Origin: a bacterium
Lineage (GTDB): Bacteria > Chloroflexota > Dormibacteria > Aeolococcales > Bog-877
NCBI GenBank assembly: GCA_021802045.1
Contig: JAKABB010000002.1
Coordinates: forward strand, 17,681 to 81,680
Direction: 5' to 3'
Length of the DNA stretch: 64,000 bases
This document shows positions 1 through 11,007 of the stretch, in pieces. The translations under genes were made by a program, and so were the position numbers. The notes below the pieces were generated by a model, which was given only the letters and a program-made list of their open reading frames with translations, made no database searches and was not told the origin of the DNA. Each line of letters opens with the position of its first letter. Positions within the stretch are counted from its first letter, which is position 1.

Positions 1-236
1 CTTTTGAGGCCCCGAAGACGGCTCGTATGGCCGCGTTCCTGCGGGCGGCGGAGGCCGGACGGCGCGTGCTCTTGGTGACGGGCCACGCTGATGTGGCGCT
101 CGAACGGTCGTGCCGCAACATTCCTGAGTTGCAGCTGCTCCGGGCGCTGAACTTGAACGTCCACGATCTGCTGAGTGCCGACACGGTGTTGGTGACCCGG
201 GACGCCATGCAGCAGGTCGAGGAGCATCTCGGATGA
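1..236 (+). CDS. rplD: 50S ribosomal protein L4, C-terminal part (gene starts upstream of window)
   Basis: Open frame from the window edge to the stop at 236. The tail sequence is L4-like and sits directly upstream of L23. Confidence 0.7.
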   Translation, partial: FEAPKTARMAAFLRAAEAGRRVLLVTGHADVALERSCRNIPELQLLRALNLNVHDLLSADTVLVTRDAMQQVEEHLG

Positions 237-538
237 AGCACCCTGCCCAGATCCTGATCCGCCCGGTCGTCAGCGAGAAGTCCTACGCGACGATGACGCA
301 CGGCAACCGGTACATCTTCCAAGTAGCCACCGCCGCCAACAAGATCGAAATCCGCCAGGCGGTACGCGAGGCGTTCAAGGTCAACCCGGTGGCGGTCAAT
401 GTGATCCGGGTTCGCGGGAAGACCCGAACCCGTAGTCGGGGACGGCGTCGCATCGTGGGCAAGAGCCCTGACTGGAAGAAGGCCGTGGTGACGCTGCCGG
501 CCGGCGAGACAATTGCCAACCTGTTCGAGGGCCTCTGA
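233..538 (+). CDS. rplW: 50S ribosomal protein L23
   Basis: 101 aa. Start overlaps the rplD stop. Conserved L23 sequence and operon position. Confidence 0.9.
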   Translation: MKHPAQILIRPVVSEKSYATMTHGNRYIFQVATAANKIEIRQAVREAFKVNPVAVNVIRVRGKTRTRSRGRRRIVGKSPDWKKAVVTLPAGETIANLFEGL

Positions 539-540
539 CC

Positions 541-1365
541 GTGCCGATCAAGCGCTACGATCCGACCTCCCCTGGGCGCCGGTTCATGTCGGTCAGCAGC
601 TTCGAGGAAGTGACCAAGGATCGCCCGGAGAAGCGCCTGACCAAGGCGCTGCCCAAGCGGGCGGGACGCAATGCGTCTGGCAAGATCACCGTGCGGCACC
701 GCGGCGGTGGACACCGTCGACGCTGGCGGGTCATCGACTTCAAGCGCGACAAGGCCGGAGTGCCGGGGGTGGTGGCGGCCATCGAGTACGATCCCAACCG
801 GAGCGCGCGGATCGCGCTGGTTCATTACGCCGATGGGGACAAGCGCTACATCCTGGCCCCCGACGGGGTTGGCCCGGGCGCCCCGATTCGGGCGGGCGAG
901 GGTAGCGAGATCCGATCGGGCCACTCGATGCCGATCGCGCGCATTCCCCTGGGCACCACGATCCACAACATCGAAGTTCAACTTGGACGGGGGGGACAGC
1001 TGGTCCGGAGCGCCGGCGTGGGCGCGCAATTGCTGGCCAAGGATGGACCGTTGGCCCAGATCAAGATGCCGTCCGGTGAGGTTCGTCGGATCGACATCCG
1101 CTGCAGTGCCACGATCGGCCAGATCGGGAACAGCGATCACGCCAACCAGAACTGGGGCAAGGCGGGGAAGAGCCGGTGGCGCGGTTTCCGCCCGTCGGTG
1201 CGTGGCATGACGATGAACCCGTTCGACCACCCGCACGGGGGGGGAGAGGGGCGGTCCGGGGCTGGTGGGCACCCGCAGACGCCCTGGGGCAAGCCTGCCC
1301 TGGGACACCGGACCCGCCACAACAAGGCCACGGACAAGATGATTGTCCGGCGGCGGAAGAAGTAA
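541..1365 (+). CDS. rplB: 50S ribosomal protein L2
   Basis: 274 aa with a GTG start. Carries L2 hallmarks (RNA-binding N-terminus, the GGGHRR...HPHGGGEG motif). Confidence 0.95.
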   Translation: MPIKRYDPTSPGRRFMSVSSFEEVTKDRPEKRLTKALPKRAGRNASGKITVRHRGGGHRRRWRVIDFKRDKAGVPGVVAAIEYDPNRSARIALVHYADGDKRYILAPDGVGPGAPIRAGEGSEIRSGHSMPIARIPLGTTIHNIEVQLGRGGQLVRSAGVGAQLLAKDGPLAQIKMPSGEVRRIDIRCSATIGQIGNSDHANQNWGKAGKSRWRGFRPSVRGMTMNPFDHPHGGGEGRSGAGGHPQTPWGKPALGHRTRHNKATDKMIVRRRKK

Positions 1366-1367
1366 GC

Positions 1368-1652
1368 ATGAGCCGATCACTTAAGAAGGGTCCGTACTGC
1401 GCTCCCAGCCTGCTGAAGCGGGTGGTGGAGATGAACCGGACTCGCGAGCGTCGCCCGATCCGCACATGGTCTCGGCGGAGCGACATCTTTCCGGAGATGG
1501 TGGGGCACACCATTGCGGTCCATGACGGCCGCAAGCACGTGCCTGTCTTCGTGTCTGAGGCCATGGTCGGTCACAAGCTTGGCGAGTTCGCGCCGACCCG
1601 TAAGTTCCGTGGGCACGGTCACCACACCGAGCGCAGCTCGGCCTTGAAGTAG
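1368..1652 (+). CDS. rpsS: 30S ribosomal protein S19
   Basis: Internal ATG at 1368 gives [10 protein letters not shown]..., a typical S19 of ~94 aa. The six-frame ORF is longer because of an upstream in-frame extension. Confidence 0.9.
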   Translation: MSRSLKKGPYCAPSLLKRVVEMNRTRERRPIRTWSRRSDIFPEMVGHTIAVHDGRKHVPVFVSEAMVGHKLGEFAPTRKFRGHGHHTERSSALK

Positions 1653-1667
1653 GCAGGGAAGGCGAAG

Positions 1668-2105
1668 ATGGAAGTCACCGCCACGGCGAAGTGGGTGCGG
1701 GTGCCGCCCCGCAAGGCTCGGCTCGTGGGTGCTGTTGTCGAGGGGATGCCGGTCAGTGAGGCGCTGACCGTGCTGGCCTTCATGCCAAAGGCCGCGGCCA
1801 ACGACGTCGCCAAGGTGGTGCGCTCAGCGGCCGCCAACGCCCAGAACAACTTCAACCTGGAAGCGGACCGGCTGCGGCTGACGCGCCTAGAGGTGAACGG
1901 AGGCCCTATCATAAAGCGGTTCCGACCTCGGGCCCGCGGGGCGTACTACAGCGTCTTCAAGCGCACGTGCCATCTGCGAGCCGTGGTGGAGGACACTGTG
2001 GAGCCGGCCCCGCGAGCGGCGCGGCGGCGGACGCGGACCGGGAGCGAGGGCGGCCCCGTGACGCCAGCGGTCACGCCGACCGTGGTCGAGCCCGAGGCGG
2101 AGTAG
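1668..2105 (+). CDS. rplV: 50S ribosomal protein L22 (with Ala/Pro-rich C-terminal extension)
   Basis: L22 core followed by ~30 aa of low-complexity tail. Operon position fits. Confidence 0.9.
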   Translation: MEVTATAKWVRVPPRKARLVGAVVEGMPVSEALTVLAFMPKAAANDVAKVVRSAAANAQNNFNLEADRLRLTRLEVNGGPIIKRFRPRARGAYYSVFKRTCHLRAVVEDTVEPAPRAARRRTRTGSEGGPVTPAVTPTVVEPEAE

Positions 2106-2116
2106 CAAGGAGTCGC

Positions 2117-3118
2117 ATGGGTCAGAAGGTCCACCCCAACGGGTTCCGCCTCGGCGTCTACCGCAACTGGCAGGCACGCTGGTTCGCAAGTCGCCGGGAG
2201 TACACGAAGCTGCTCCACGAAGACTTGGCCATGCGCCGGCTGATCGGAAGCCGTCTGCGCAATGCGAGCGTCTCGCGCATCGAGATGGAGCGGTCGGCCA
2301 ACCAGCTCACGGTCATCATCCACACCGCCAAGCCGGGCATTGTCATCGGGCGGAGCGGTGCCTCGGTCGATGCGTTGCGGGACAACCTGGAGCGCATCTC
2401 GGGGAAGAAGGTGCGAGTGACCATCCAGGAGATCAAGACTCCGGAGCTGGACGCCCAGCTGGTCGCGGAGTCGGTGGCCAGCCAACTGGAGAAGCGGATT
2501 GCCTTCCGCCGCGCGATCAAGCAGTCCGTGATGCGGTCGATGCGAGCAGGGGCCAAGGGCGTGAAGATCCAGCTCTCGGGACGGCTGGGGGGGGCCGAGA
2601 TGAGCCGGCGGGAGTGGGACCGCGACGGTCGCGTCCCCCTGCACACGCTGCGAGCGGACATCGACTATGGGCAGACGGAGGCCGCCACCACCTTCGGGCG
2701 AATCGGCGTCACTGTCTGGCTGTACCGGGGCGACTTCACGTCGGCCGACGGTGGTCAACCAACCGGGATCGAGGAGCCGGTGCTGGAGCCGCGGGAGCGG
2801 CGGGGCTCGGCCAGCCAGGGGGCGCCGGCCACCGGTCCGACCCCGAGCCCGGCGGCATCGGAGTCCGCGGCCACGTCGCCGGCCACGGTCGTGGCCGCGG
2901 CGCCGGAGTCGGCGGCACCGGTGGATGCCGGTGGCGGCGACGTGGCGCCGACAGGGGTCCGGGCGCCGCGTCGAGCCAGGGCAGCCACCGCCGAGGCGGC
3001 GCCAGCGACGCTGACCGGTCCGGCTGCGACCCCCAGGAAGCGGAGCGTGAGAAAGCCCGCGGACCCGGCGCCCGATGAGACGGCCCCAGCGGCTCCGGTT
3101 GTATCGGAGGAGGGCTGA
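2117..3118 (+). CDS. rpsC: 30S ribosomal protein S3 (long Ala/Pro-rich C-terminal extension)
   Basis: ATG at 2117 gives [14 protein letters not shown], the S3 N-terminus. KH and S3-C domains are followed by a ~100-aa Ala/Pro/Gly-rich tail. Confidence 0.9.
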   Translation: MGQKVHPNGFRLGVYRNWQARWFASRREYTKLLHEDLAMRRLIGSRLRNASVSRIEMERSANQLTVIIHTAKPGIVIGRSGASVDALRDNLERISGKKVRVTIQEIKTPELDAQLVAESVASQLEKRIAFRRAIKQSVMRSMRAGAKGVKIQLSGRLGGAEMSRREWDRDGRVPLHTLRADIDYGQTEAATTFGRIGVTVWLYRGDFTSADGGQPTGIEEPVLEPRERRGSASQGAPATGPTPSPAASESAATSPATVVAAAPESAAPVDAGGGDVAPTGVRAPRRARAATAEAAPATLTGPAATPRKRSVRKPADPAPDETAPAAPVVSEEG

Positions 3119-3120
3119 CC

Positions 3121-3567
3121 GTGCTGATCCCATCACGACCACGGCATCGCAAGGTGCACCGGGGCCATCGGCGGGGCGCGGCGTATCGGGGCAGCACCTT
3201 GGCCTTCGGCCCGTACGGGCTGCAGGCGCTCGAGGAGTGCTGGATGAGCAATCGCCAGATCGAGTCGGCCCGCCGGGCGATGACGCGGCATGTCCGTCGG
3301 GGCGGCAAGATCTGGATCCGTCTCTTCCCGGACAAGCCGTTCACCAAGAAGCCCGCGGAAACTCGGATGGGATCAGGCAAGGGGGCGCCGGAAGGTTGGG
3401 TGGCAGTGGTCCGGCCAGGGCGAATCCTCTTCGAGATGGACGGTGTCCCGTCGGCCGTCGCGCAGGAGGCCATGCGGTTGGCCTCCCACAAGCTGCCGAT
3501 CCGCACCCGATTCGTGACTCGGATCGAGCCCGGCGTCCAGGCCGCGGACGAGCAGGGGGCGCTGTGA
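3121..3567 (+). CDS. rplP: 50S ribosomal protein L16
   Basis: 148 aa with a GTG start. Contains the L16 motif ...RMGSGKG.... Confidence 0.9.
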   Translation: MLIPSRPRHRKVHRGHRRGAAYRGSTLAFGPYGLQALEECWMSNRQIESARRAMTRHVRRGGKIWIRLFPDKPFTKKPAETRMGSGKGAPEGWVAVVRPGRILFEMDGVPSAVAQEAMRLASHKLPIRTRFVTRIEPGVQAADEQGAL

Positions 3568-3791
3568 CCAAGTTGCGAGAGGCTCGACAGCAGATCGAGG
3601 AGATGGATGGGATCGCGCTCGCCGAGGGTCTCCTCCAGCGCCGACAGGAGATCCTGCAGCTCCGTCTTCAGCAGGCCACCGGGCAGCTGGAGCACCATCG
3701 TCGGCTCCGCGAGGTGCGGCGAGATGTCGCCCGGATCCTGACACGACAGAGTGCGCTGGAACGCGCCGAGCAATTGGAGGACGGCGCGTGA
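3564..3791 (+). CDS. rpmC: 50S ribosomal protein L29
   Basis: GTG at 3564 overlaps the rplP stop. Encodes a 75-aa helical protein ([12 protein letters not shown]...) typical of L29. Confidence 0.8.
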   Translation: MTKLREARQQIEEMDGIALAEGLLQRRQEILQLRLQQATGQLEHHRRLREVRRDVARILTRQSALERAEQLEDGA

Positions 3792-4063
3792 GCGAGACCA
3801 GTGAGGTGGCCCTGCGGTCTAGGCGCAAGGTGCGCGTGGGCGTGGTCACCAGCGATAAGATGGATAAGACCGTGGTAGTCTCGGTGGAGGAGCTGAAGGC
3901 TCATCCCCTCTATCGCAAGGTCCTGCGGCGCCACGCGCGGTTCGCCGCCCACGACGAGACCAACAGCTGTCACCTTGGTGACCGGGTGCGGATCATGGAG
4001 ACCCGCCCCCTCAGCCGCAGCAAACGGTGGCGAGTGGTCGAGATCGTGGAACGGGCGCGCTAG
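3788..4063 (+). CDS. rpsQ: 30S ribosomal protein S17
   Basis: 91 aa. Conserved S17 OB-fold sequence ([15 protein letters not shown]..., HDE...GD.V.I.E.RPLS). Confidence 0.9.
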   Translation: MSETSEVALRSRRKVRVGVVTSDKMDKTVVVSVEELKAHPLYRKVLRRHARFAAHDETNSCHLGDRVRIMETRPLSRSKRWRVVEIVERAR

Positions 4064-4081
4064 GGACGGGGCCGCAAATCG

Positions 4082-4450
4082 ATGATCCAGCAGGAGACGG
4101 TTCTTAAGGTGGCGGACAACAGCGGGGCGCGCGAGATCCTGTGCATCCGCGTCCTTGGCGGGTCGTACCGGAAGTACGCGTCGGTCGGTGATGTGATCAT
4201 CGCCGCTGTGAAGGCCGCCCAACCCAACACCCAGGTGAAGAAGGGTGATGTGGTCCGGGCGGTGGTGGTCCGGACGGCCAAGGAGTACCACCGCCCCGAC
4301 GGCAGTCAGATCCGCTTCGACGACAATGCCGCGGTCCTCATCAACCCCCAGAACAATCCCCGCGGAACTCGGATCTTCGGGCCGGTGGCGCGGGAGCTGC
4401 GGGAGCGAAACTTCATGAAGATCGTCTCGCTGGCGCCCGAGGTACTGTGA
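4082..4450 (+). CDS. rplN: 50S ribosomal protein L14
   Basis: 122 aa. [17 protein letters not shown]... is the canonical L14 N-terminus. Confidence 0.95.
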   Translation: MIQQETVLKVADNSGAREILCIRVLGGSYRKYASVGDVIIAAVKAAQPNTQVKKGDVVRAVVVRTAKEYHRPDGSQIRFDDNAAVLINPQNNPRGTRIFGPVARELRERNFMKIVSLAPEVL

Positions 4451-4836
4451 GGGTGGCCACCAAACGTGCCGGACGGGGCGCCACCGGTCGGCGGTCGCCG
4501 CTCGACATCCGGTCGGGCGACACCGTGATGGTGCTTGCCGGTGATGACCGGGGCAAGCGCGGGGTGGTCGAGCGCACGCTGTCCGCGGAGCAGCGGATCG
4601 TGGTCGGCGGGGTGAACCTGCACAAACGCCACCAGCGCTCAGGCGCCAGCCGAGGCGGAACCACCACCATTCAGGGGGGCATCATCGACTTCCCCGCGCC
4701 GATTCATTACAGCAACGTGCGGCTCATCTGTAACCGCTGCCAGCAGCCGACGCGACTGAAGCGTCGGCTGGAGGGAGATGCGTATCTCCCGGTGTGCGCT
4801 CGATGCGGGGAGCGGTACGAGCGGGTGTCGAACTGA
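4447..4836 (+). CDS. rplX: 50S ribosomal protein L24 with C-terminal CxxC...CxxC zinc-ribbon-like tail
   Basis: KOW motif ([18 protein letters not shown]). The C-terminal region aligns to the L24 tail but carries four Cys (CNRC...CARC). Confidence 0.85.
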   Translation: MRVATKRAGRGATGRRSPLDIRSGDTVMVLAGDDRGKRGVVERTLSAEQRIVVGGVNLHKRHQRSGASRGGTTTIQGGIIDFPAPIHYSNVRLICNRCQQPTRLKRRLEGDAYLPVCARCGERYERVSN

Positions 4837-5393
4837 TGGCCGCACCAGCGCCGCGCCTTCGGACAACCTACCAAGAGCAGGTGGTCCCCACCATGATCTC
4901 GGAGTTTCGGTACCTCAACGTGATGCAGGTGCCCAAGGTCCAGCGGGTGGTGGTGAACATCGGAGTAGGGGAGGCCATCCAGAACGCGCGGGCACTCGAT
5001 GCGGCCACCGGTGATCTGCGGCAGATCACTGGACAGCAGCCGGTGGTGGTCCGGGCGAGACGCTCGGTGGCGGCCTTCAAGCTTCGGGAAGGGATGCCGA
5101 TCGGACTGAAGGTTACCCTTCGCGGGGTGAGGATGTACGAGTTCTTGGACAAGGTGATCAACGTGGTCCTGCCACGGATTCGTGACTTCCGTGGCGTCCC
5201 GGCCAAGTTGGACGGGCATGGCAACTTCAGTCTGGGGCTGCGTGAGCAGCTGGTCTTCCCCGAGATCGACTACGACAAGATCGACAAGATCCGAGGGATG
5301 GAGATCACCATCGTGACCACCGCCCGGACCGACGATGAGGGCCGGCGGCTGCTGAGCGAGATGGGCATGCCGTTTAGGCGACAGGAGCGTTAG
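4836..5393 (+). CDS. rplE: 50S ribosomal protein L5
   Basis: ATG at 4836 overlaps the rplX stop. [18 protein letters not shown]... is an L5 N-terminus. Confidence 0.9.
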   Translation: MAAPAPRLRTTYQEQVVPTMISEFRYLNVMQVPKVQRVVVNIGVGEAIQNARALDAATGDLRQITGQQPVVVRARRSVAAFKLREGMPIGLKVTLRGVRMYEFLDKVINVVLPRIRDFRGVPAKLDGHGNFSLGLREQLVFPEIDYDKIDKIRGMEITIVTTARTDDEGRRLLSEMGMPFRRQER

Positions 5394-5396
5394 GGC

Positions 5397-5582
5397 ATGG
5401 CCAAGAAGTCCAAGATCATGAAGAGCCTGCGGCCCGCGGCCTACCCGGTGCAGCAGCACAACCGCTGTGGCGCCTGTGGACGCCCGCGCGGATACATGCG
5501 ACGGTTCGGCCTCTGTCGCATCTGTTTTCGAACGTTCGCCTCGCGGGGGCAGATCCCTGGCGTGCGCAAGTCGAGTTGGTGA
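5397..5582 (+). CDS. rpsN: 30S ribosomal protein S14 type Z (zinc-binding, 61 aa)
   Basis: 61 aa with a CxxC...CxxC motif ([20 protein letters not shown]). Confidence 0.9.
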   Translation: MAKKSKIMKSLRPAAYPVQQHNRCGACGRPRGYMRRFGLCRICFRTFASRGQIPGVRKSSW

Positions 5583-5588
5583 ACGCCC

Positions 5589-5984
5589 ATGCTGACTGAT
5601 CCCATCGCGGACATGCTGACCCGGATTCGGAATGCCAATCTCGCTCGGCACCAGCGGGTGGTGATGCCCGCGAGCCGCATGAAGGCGGACATCGCCCGGG
5701 TGCTTCGGGACGAGGGCTACATTCTCGACTTCGGAGAGGAGGGCGAGGGTGTGCTTCGCCGACTGTGGGTCGAACTGAAGCCGCGCACCCCGGAGGGCCA
5801 GGCGCTCAACGGCCTCCGGCGCGTGAGTCGGCCCGGGCTGCGTGTGTACACCGGTCGTCGCGAGATCCCGACGGTGCGGGGCGGTCTGGGCACGGCGGTG
5901 CTCTCCACTCCGGCCGGTGTCATGTCGGATCGTGAAGCCCGCCGGGCTGGTGTGGGCGGCGAAGTCGTCGCTCACGTCTGGTAG
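5589..5984 (+). CDS. rpsH: 30S ribosomal protein S8
   Basis: 131 aa. MLTDPIADMLTRIRNA... is the canonical S8 start. Confidence 0.9.
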   Translation: MLTDPIADMLTRIRNANLARHQRVVMPASRMKADIARVLRDEGYILDFGEEGEGVLRRLWVELKPRTPEGQALNGLRRVSRPGLRVYTGRREIPTVRGGLGTAVLSTPAGVMSDREARRAGVGGEVVAHVW

Positions 5985-5990
5985 CCGCTG

Positions 5991-6539
5991 ATGTCGCGCA
6001 TCGGCCGCTTGCCCATTCCAGTGCCCCAGGGGGTTGAGATCACTGTTTCCGGGGCTGAGGTGACCGTGGTGGGCCCCCGGGGCACCCTGAGTCGCAAGGT
6101 GCCGGCGGCCATGAAGCTTCGACAGGTCGATGGGCAGTTCTTGGTGGAGCGGCCCTCCAATGCCGGTCCGCATCGAGCCCTGCACGGCCTCACCCGGACC
6201 TTGGTTGCCAACATGGTCACGGGGGTGACCGACGGGTACCGGCGCGAGCTGGAGCTGGTCGGAGTCGGGTACCGTGCGTCCAAGCAGGGCGATCACCTGC
6301 AGCTGGCCTTGGGATACTCGCACCCGATGCGCGTGACCCCGCCGGAGGGGATCACCATCGAAGTCCCGGACCCGACCCACATCGCCGTGGGCGGGATCGA
6401 CAAGGAGCAGGTGGGGGGCGTGGCGGCTAAGATTCGGGGGCTGCGGCCTCCCGAGCCCTACAAGGGCAAGGGGGTTCTCTACCGCGGCGAGCGGGTCCGG
6501 CGCAAGGCCGGCAAGAGCGGCAAGGCCGCCAAGAAGTAA
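5991..6539 (+). CDS. rplF: 50S ribosomal protein L6
   Basis: 182 aa. [19 protein letters not shown]... is L6. Confidence 0.9.
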   Translation: MSRIGRLPIPVPQGVEITVSGAEVTVVGPRGTLSRKVPAAMKLRQVDGQFLVERPSNAGPHRALHGLTRTLVANMVTGVTDGYRRELELVGVGYRASKQGDHLQLALGYSHPMRVTPPEGITIEVPDPTHIAVGGIDKEQVGGVAAKIRGLRPPEPYKGKGVLYRGERVRRKAGKSGKAAKK

Positions 6540-6557
6540 GAGGAGACCCCCAACGTC

Positions 6558-6917
6558 ATGAAGGCCCCCTTCGATCGGGCGGCGGCCCGGCAGCGGCGGC
6601 ACCGGCGGGTCCGCGGCCGGGTGCAGGGCACCCCCAGCCGGCCGCGTCTGTGCGTGCACCGGAGCCTGCGCCATGTTTACGCCCAGCTCATTGATGACGT
6701 GAGTGGCCGGACCTTGGCTGCCGCCGGAACGGTTGAGGGCTCTCTGGGCCTACGTGGGGTCACAACAGAGACGGCGGCGGCCATCGGCCGGACGCTGGCC
6801 GAGCGTGCCTTGGCGGGCGGGCACCGGGTGGTTGTCTTCGATCGAGCCGGTTACCAATATCATGGCCGGGTGCGGGCGCTGGCGGAAGCCGCCCGAGCTG
6901 CGGGACTGGAGTTCTGA
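6558..6917 (+). CDS. rplR: 50S ribosomal protein L18
   Basis: 119 aa. The L18 C-terminal motif ([24 protein letters not shown]) is present. Confidence 0.9.
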   Translation: MKAPFDRAAARQRRHRRVRGRVQGTPSRPRLCVHRSLRHVYAQLIDDVSGRTLAAAGTVEGSLGLRGVTTETAAAIGRTLAERALAGGHRVVVFDRAGYQYHGRVRALAEAARAAGLEF

Positions 6918-6919
6918 CG

Positions 6920-7468
6920 ATGGCCATGAGTGGTATGCGCGGGGATCGAGACGGCCGCGGCGACCTCGCCGAGCGGGTCGTCAGCCTCAACCGGGTGGCC
7001 AAGGTCGTCAAGGGTGGGCGGCGCTTCTCGTTCAGCGCCCTGGTGGTGGTCGGCGACGGCTCGGGCCGGGTCGGCGCGGGTCTGGGCAAGGCGGGGGAGG
7101 TGCCGGAGGCCATCCGCAAGGGGGTGGAGGACGCCAAGAAGCACCTCGTCTCCGTGCCGATGGTCGGGACCACCATCCCCCACGAGGTGCGGCTCAAGCA
7201 CGGGGCGGCGCGGGTGATGCTCAAGCCGGCCTCGCCGGGGACCGGAGTGATCTCCGGAGGGGCGATGCGCGCCGTTGTCGAACTGGCGGGCATCAAGGAC
7301 ATCCTGACGAAGTCTCTGGGCAGCGACAATCCCATCAATACCGTGCGGGCCACCATCGCCGCCCTCCAGGAACTGCGCCGGGCCGAGACTGTCTCGATGC
7401 TGCGGGGGCGACTTGTCACTACCGCGGCCAGTCGACAGCTGGCGCGCTCGGAACCGGCCCATGACTGA
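6920..7468 (+). CDS. rpsE: 30S ribosomal protein S5
   Basis: 182 aa. S5 dsRBD and C-terminal domain ([23 protein letters not shown]...). Confidence 0.9.
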   Translation: MAMSGMRGDRDGRGDLAERVVSLNRVAKVVKGGRRFSFSALVVVGDGSGRVGAGLGKAGEVPEAIRKGVEDAKKHLVSVPMVGTTIPHEVRLKHGAARVMLKPASPGTGVISGGAMRAVVELAGIKDILTKSLGSDNPINTVRATIAALQELRRAETVSMLRGRLVTTAASRQLARSEPAHD

Positions 7469-7706
7469 CGATCGCCGGCAGTTGAGGATTACCTGGGTCA
7501 AGAGCGGCATCGGGTACGCGGTGGACCAGAAGCGCACCGTGGCCGCCCTTGGCCTGCGCCGGCTGCACCAGGTGGTGGAACATCGGGACACGCCCAGCGT
7601 GCGCGGCATGGTTGCCAAGGTGCGCCACTTGGTGACGGCCGAGGTGATCGACGGTCCATCCGGCGGCGACCGAACCGAGCGCCAAACCCCCAGGAAGGAG
7701 AGCTGA
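7461..7706 (+). CDS. rpmD: 50S ribosomal protein L30
   Basis: ATG at 7461 gives [19 protein letters not shown]..., an L30 ferredoxin-like fold sequence. Overlaps the rpsE 3' end. Confidence 0.8.
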   Translation: MTDDRRQLRITWVKSGIGYAVDQKRTVAALGLRRLHQVVEHRDTPSVRGMVAKVRHLVTAEVIDGPSGGDRTERQTPRKES

Positions 7707-7708
7707 CT

Positions 7709-8221
7709 GTGCAGTTGCACGACCTGCGATCTGCGCCCGGTAGCCGCAAGCGACGCACGCGGGTTGGTCGCGGACCCTCTGCCGGGCAGGGCAAGACCAG
7801 CGGCCGAGGCCAGAAGGGGCAGGGCGCGCGCACCTCGTGGAACCTGCCTAGGGCCTTCGAGGGCGGCCAAATGCCACTGTCCCAGCGGGTCCCAAAGCTG
7901 CGGGGATTCTATAACCGCTTCCGGGTCGAGTACTCGGTGGTCAACTGCGTCAAGCTGCGCCGCTTTGCTCCCGGGAGCACTGTCGACCCAGCGGCCCTGG
8001 CTGCGGCCGGATTGATCGCCAGTGAGCGGCGGCGGGTGAAGCTGCTGGCGGTGGGTGAGCCTCCTCAGGGGCTGACGATCCGGGTGCATCGCGCGAGTGG
8101 CGCAGCGCGACGGGCCGTGGAAGCCGCTGGCGGGCGGGTCGATCTCATCGAAGACGGCTCCGCGGTCGCCGCCGAGGTGCCAAAGGGTGACGGCAGCACG
8201 GGGATGACCCCCGCCGACTGA
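7709..8221 (+). CDS. rplO: 50S ribosomal protein L15
   Basis: 170 aa, Gly/Arg-rich N-terminus (GRGPSAGQGKTSGRGQKGQ) typical of L15. Confidence 0.9.
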   Translation: MQLHDLRSAPGSRKRRTRVGRGPSAGQGKTSGRGQKGQGARTSWNLPRAFEGGQMPLSQRVPKLRGFYNRFRVEYSVVNCVKLRRFAPGSTVDPAALAAAGLIASERRRVKLLAVGEPPQGLTIRVHRASGAARRAVEAAGGRVDLIEDGSAVAAEVPKGDGSTGMTPAD

Positions 8222-9573
8222 TGAACGTCTTCGGCGCCCTCCGCAGCGCCATGGGCGTGCCGGAACTGCGCCGCAAGCTGCTGATCACGATCGGCTTGAT
8301 CTGCGTCTTCCGGCTGCTGGCTTCGATCACCATCCCCGGGGTGAACACGGCCGCACTGCGCCAGCTGTTCCAGAGCAACGGGCTCCTGGGCCTGCTCAAC
8401 CTCTTCTCCGGGAGCGGCTTCGGGACCGGCGGCGCCTTCGCCGGCATTTCCATCGTGGCGCTCGGCCTGAATCCCTACATCAACGCCACCATCATCATGC
8501 AGTTGATGACGGTGGTTTCCACGCGCGTGAAGGAGATGTCCAAGGAAGGCCAGCAGGGAAACACCCGGTTGACGCAGTACGCCCGCTACCTGACGGTCGC
8601 TCTGGCGATGCTGCAGGCGTTCGGGTTCACGCGGCTCTTCGAGAGCTTCACCTTCCAGGGGCAGTCGATCCTCTCACCCACGACGCCGTGGCCGAGCATC
8701 CTCGGAATCATCGTGATTCTGACCGGGGGCACGGTCATCATCATGTGGTTCGGAGAGTTGATCACCGAGTACGGTCTGGGCAACGGGGTCTCGATCATCA
8801 TCATGGCCGGCATCCTGGGCCAGGTCCCCGGCACCGTGCTGGGGTTCACCCACACCGGCCAGCAGGTATTCAGTCTGTTCATGTTCGCCGTCATCGGGGT
8901 GGTGGTCAGCGCCGGCATCATCTTCGTCCAGCAGGCCACCAGGAAGATTCCCATTCAGTCGGCGCAGCGGGTTCTTGGGCAAAAGATCTATCAGGGGCGC
9001 AGTAGCTTCCTGCCCCTGCGCGTCAACCAGGCTGGAGTGATTCCTATCATCTTCGCCATCTCCATCATGTTCTTCCCAACCCTCTTCGGGAACTTTTTCG
9101 CGCCGTCGGTGGGGCACTCAGGCGGCGTCGTGGGCAGCGTGGCCCTGTGGATCCACAACAACTGGAACCCCTTTGGCCCCAGCCTAGTGGTGGACGTCCT
9201 CTACCAGATCTTCTACTTCGTGTTGATCATGGGCTTCACGTTCTTCTACACGGCCGTCACCTTCGACCCGGACGACACAGCTGACAACCTGAAGAAGAAC
9301 GCGGTCTTCATCCCCGGCATTCGTCCTGGACCGGCAACTGCGGAGTACCTCGCCCGCGTTATGGGACGGATCACCCTGGCCGGGGCCATCTTCCTTGGGG
9401 TGATCACGGTGGTCCTCCCCCTGTTGACTGCGTTCCTCACCGGCCAGCAGCCTTCGACCGGACTCTATCTGGGAGGGACCGCCATTCTGATCGTGGTGGG
9501 AGTGTCGCTGGACACCATGAAGCAGCTGGAGACGCAGCTGCTCATGCGGCAGTACCGAGGGTTCATTCGGTGA
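8221..9573 (+). CDS. secY: preprotein translocase subunit SecY
   Basis: 450 aa multipass membrane protein. Sits after rplO and before adk, as in the conserved spc operon. Confidence 0.95.
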   Translation: MNVFGALRSAMGVPELRRKLLITIGLICVFRLLASITIPGVNTAALRQLFQSNGLLGLLNLFSGSGFGTGGAFAGISIVALGLNPYINATIIMQLMTVVSTRVKEMSKEGQQGNTRLTQYARYLTVALAMLQAFGFTRLFESFTFQGQSILSPTTPWPSILGIIVILTGGTVIIMWFGELITEYGLGNGVSIIIMAGILGQVPGTVLGFTHTGQQVFSLFMFAVIGVVVSAGIIFVQQATRKIPIQSAQRVLGQKIYQGRSSFLPLRVNQAGVIPIIFAISIMFFPTLFGNFFAPSVGHSGGVVGSVALWIHNNWNPFGPSLVVDVLYQIFYFVLIMGFTFFYTAVTFDPDDTADNLKKNAVFIPGIRPGPATAEYLARVMGRITLAGAIFLGVITVVLPLLTAFLTGQQPSTGLYLGGTAILIVVGVSLDTMKQLETQLLMRQYRGFIR

Positions 9574-10181
9574 CTGACGGTAGGTCGACGCCAGCCGGCC
9601 GGCGGCGGCTGGTGCTGTTCGGGCCGCCCGGGAGTGGAAAGGGCACCCAGGCGCAGCTCCTCGGGGCGCAGACGGGACAGCACCACCTCGCCACCGGCGA
9701 CATCTTGCGGGCGGAGCGGGCTCAGGGCACCGCGCTTGGCGCCCGGGTCGGCGGCTACATGGACCGCGGCGAGCTGGTGCCCGATGAGGTCATCATCTCG
9801 GTCATGGCGGCGCACCTCCAGGGACTGGAGCGGAGGGGTTTCGTCTTCGATGGCTTCCCTCGGACGGTCGCCCAGGCTGAGGCCCTGGACTCGATGCTGG
9901 CGGCGATCAGGCGTCCGTTGCAAGCGGTTGTGGTGCTGGAGGTCCCTGCGGAGGTGCTGGAGCGACGTCTGCTCGGGCGCGCCGAGGTGGAGGGGCGCAG
10001 CGATGACACCCCAGAGACCGTGAGAACGCGGATGCGGATCTACCAGGAGAGCACCGCAGCAGTCCTGGCCTACTACTCGGCCCGGCTCCCGGTGGTCCGG
10101 ATCGACGGGGATCGCCCGGTGGCGCTCGTGCATCGGGCCGTGCTTCAGGCCGTCGGCATATCCATGCCCGACCCTGGGTGA
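9570..10181 (+). CDS. adk: adenylate kinase
   Basis: P-loop GPPGSGKGTQ. Short form with no zinc lid cysteines. Confidence 0.9.
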   Translation: MTDGRSTPAGRRRLVLFGPPGSGKGTQAQLLGAQTGQHHLATGDILRAERAQGTALGARVGGYMDRGELVPDEVIISVMAAHLQGLERRGFVFDGFPRTVAQAEALDSMLAAIRRPLQAVVVLEVPAEVLERRLLGRAEVEGRSDDTPETVRTRMRIYQESTAAVLAYYSARLPVVRIDGDRPVALVHRAVLQAVGISMPDPG

Positions 10182-10930
10182 TCACCCTCAAGCGCCCGGA
10201 GGAGATCGCCGTGATGCGCCAGGCGGGTCGCTACCTCGGGGAGGTACTGGCGGAACTGCGTGAGCTGGTGCGTCCCGGGATCACCACCTTGGACCTGGAC
10301 CGGGCCGCGGATCGAGCCATCCGGCGTCGGGGCTGCATCCCGGGGTTCCTCGGCTACGAGGGGTTCCCTCGCCACCTGTGCATCTCTGTGAATGAGGAGG
10401 TGGTCCACGGGATCCCCGGTCGGCGGCGCCTCCAGGACGGAGACCTGGTCAGCCTCGACTGCGGCCTCGTCCACCAGGGCTGGTGGGCGGATGCCGGCCT
10501 CTCGGTGGGCTGTGGCACCCTGGCCCCGGCCGCTCAGCGGCTGCTGGATGTCACGAACGAGGCCCTGCGCCGGGGCGTGGCCCAGGCCCGTCCGGGGAAC
10601 CGCATCGGGGACATCGGCCACGCGGTCCAGGAGTATGTGGAGGCGCAGGGCTTCGGGGTGGTCCGCCAGTACGTGGGCCACGGCATCGGCCGCGACATGC
10701 ATGAGGAGCCCCAGGTCCCCAACTACGGCCGTCCCGGCCGGGGTGTGGAGATCCGCCGAGGGCTCTGCCTGGCCATCGAGCCCATGGTCAACGAGCGGAG
10801 CCCCGAGACCCGGGTGCAGCCCGATGGGTGGACCGTCGTCACCGCCGATGGGGGGTGGGCCTGCTACGCGGAGCACACGGTGGCCATCACGGACGAGGGC
10901 CCAGAGATCCTGACCCTACCCCCGGACTGA
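10178..10930 (+). CDS. map: methionine aminopeptidase type I
   Basis: 250 aa. Pita-bread fold residues (D..D..H..E..E pattern). Confidence 0.9.
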   Translation: MITLKRPEEIAVMRQAGRYLGEVLAELRELVRPGITTLDLDRAADRAIRRRGCIPGFLGYEGFPRHLCISVNEEVVHGIPGRRRLQDGDLVSLDCGLVHQGWWADAGLSVGCGTLAPAAQRLLDVTNEALRRGVAQARPGNRIGDIGHAVQEYVEAQGFGVVRQYVGHGIGRDMHEEPQVPNYGRPGRGVEIRRGLCLAIEPMVNERSPETRVQPDGWTVVTADGGWACYAEHTVAITDEGPEILTLPPD

Positions 10931-11007
10931 GGTGATGGGAGAGTGCCGGTGGCCCTGTCGGCGGCCGGTCCCGTATACTAGCGGCCAGGGTTCCGGTCAC
11001 CCGGCCA

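Noticed and set aside
4707-6674. 655-aa minus-strand ORF across rplE-rpsN-rpsH-rplF
   Set aside because: Antisense to unmistakable ribosomal protein genes.
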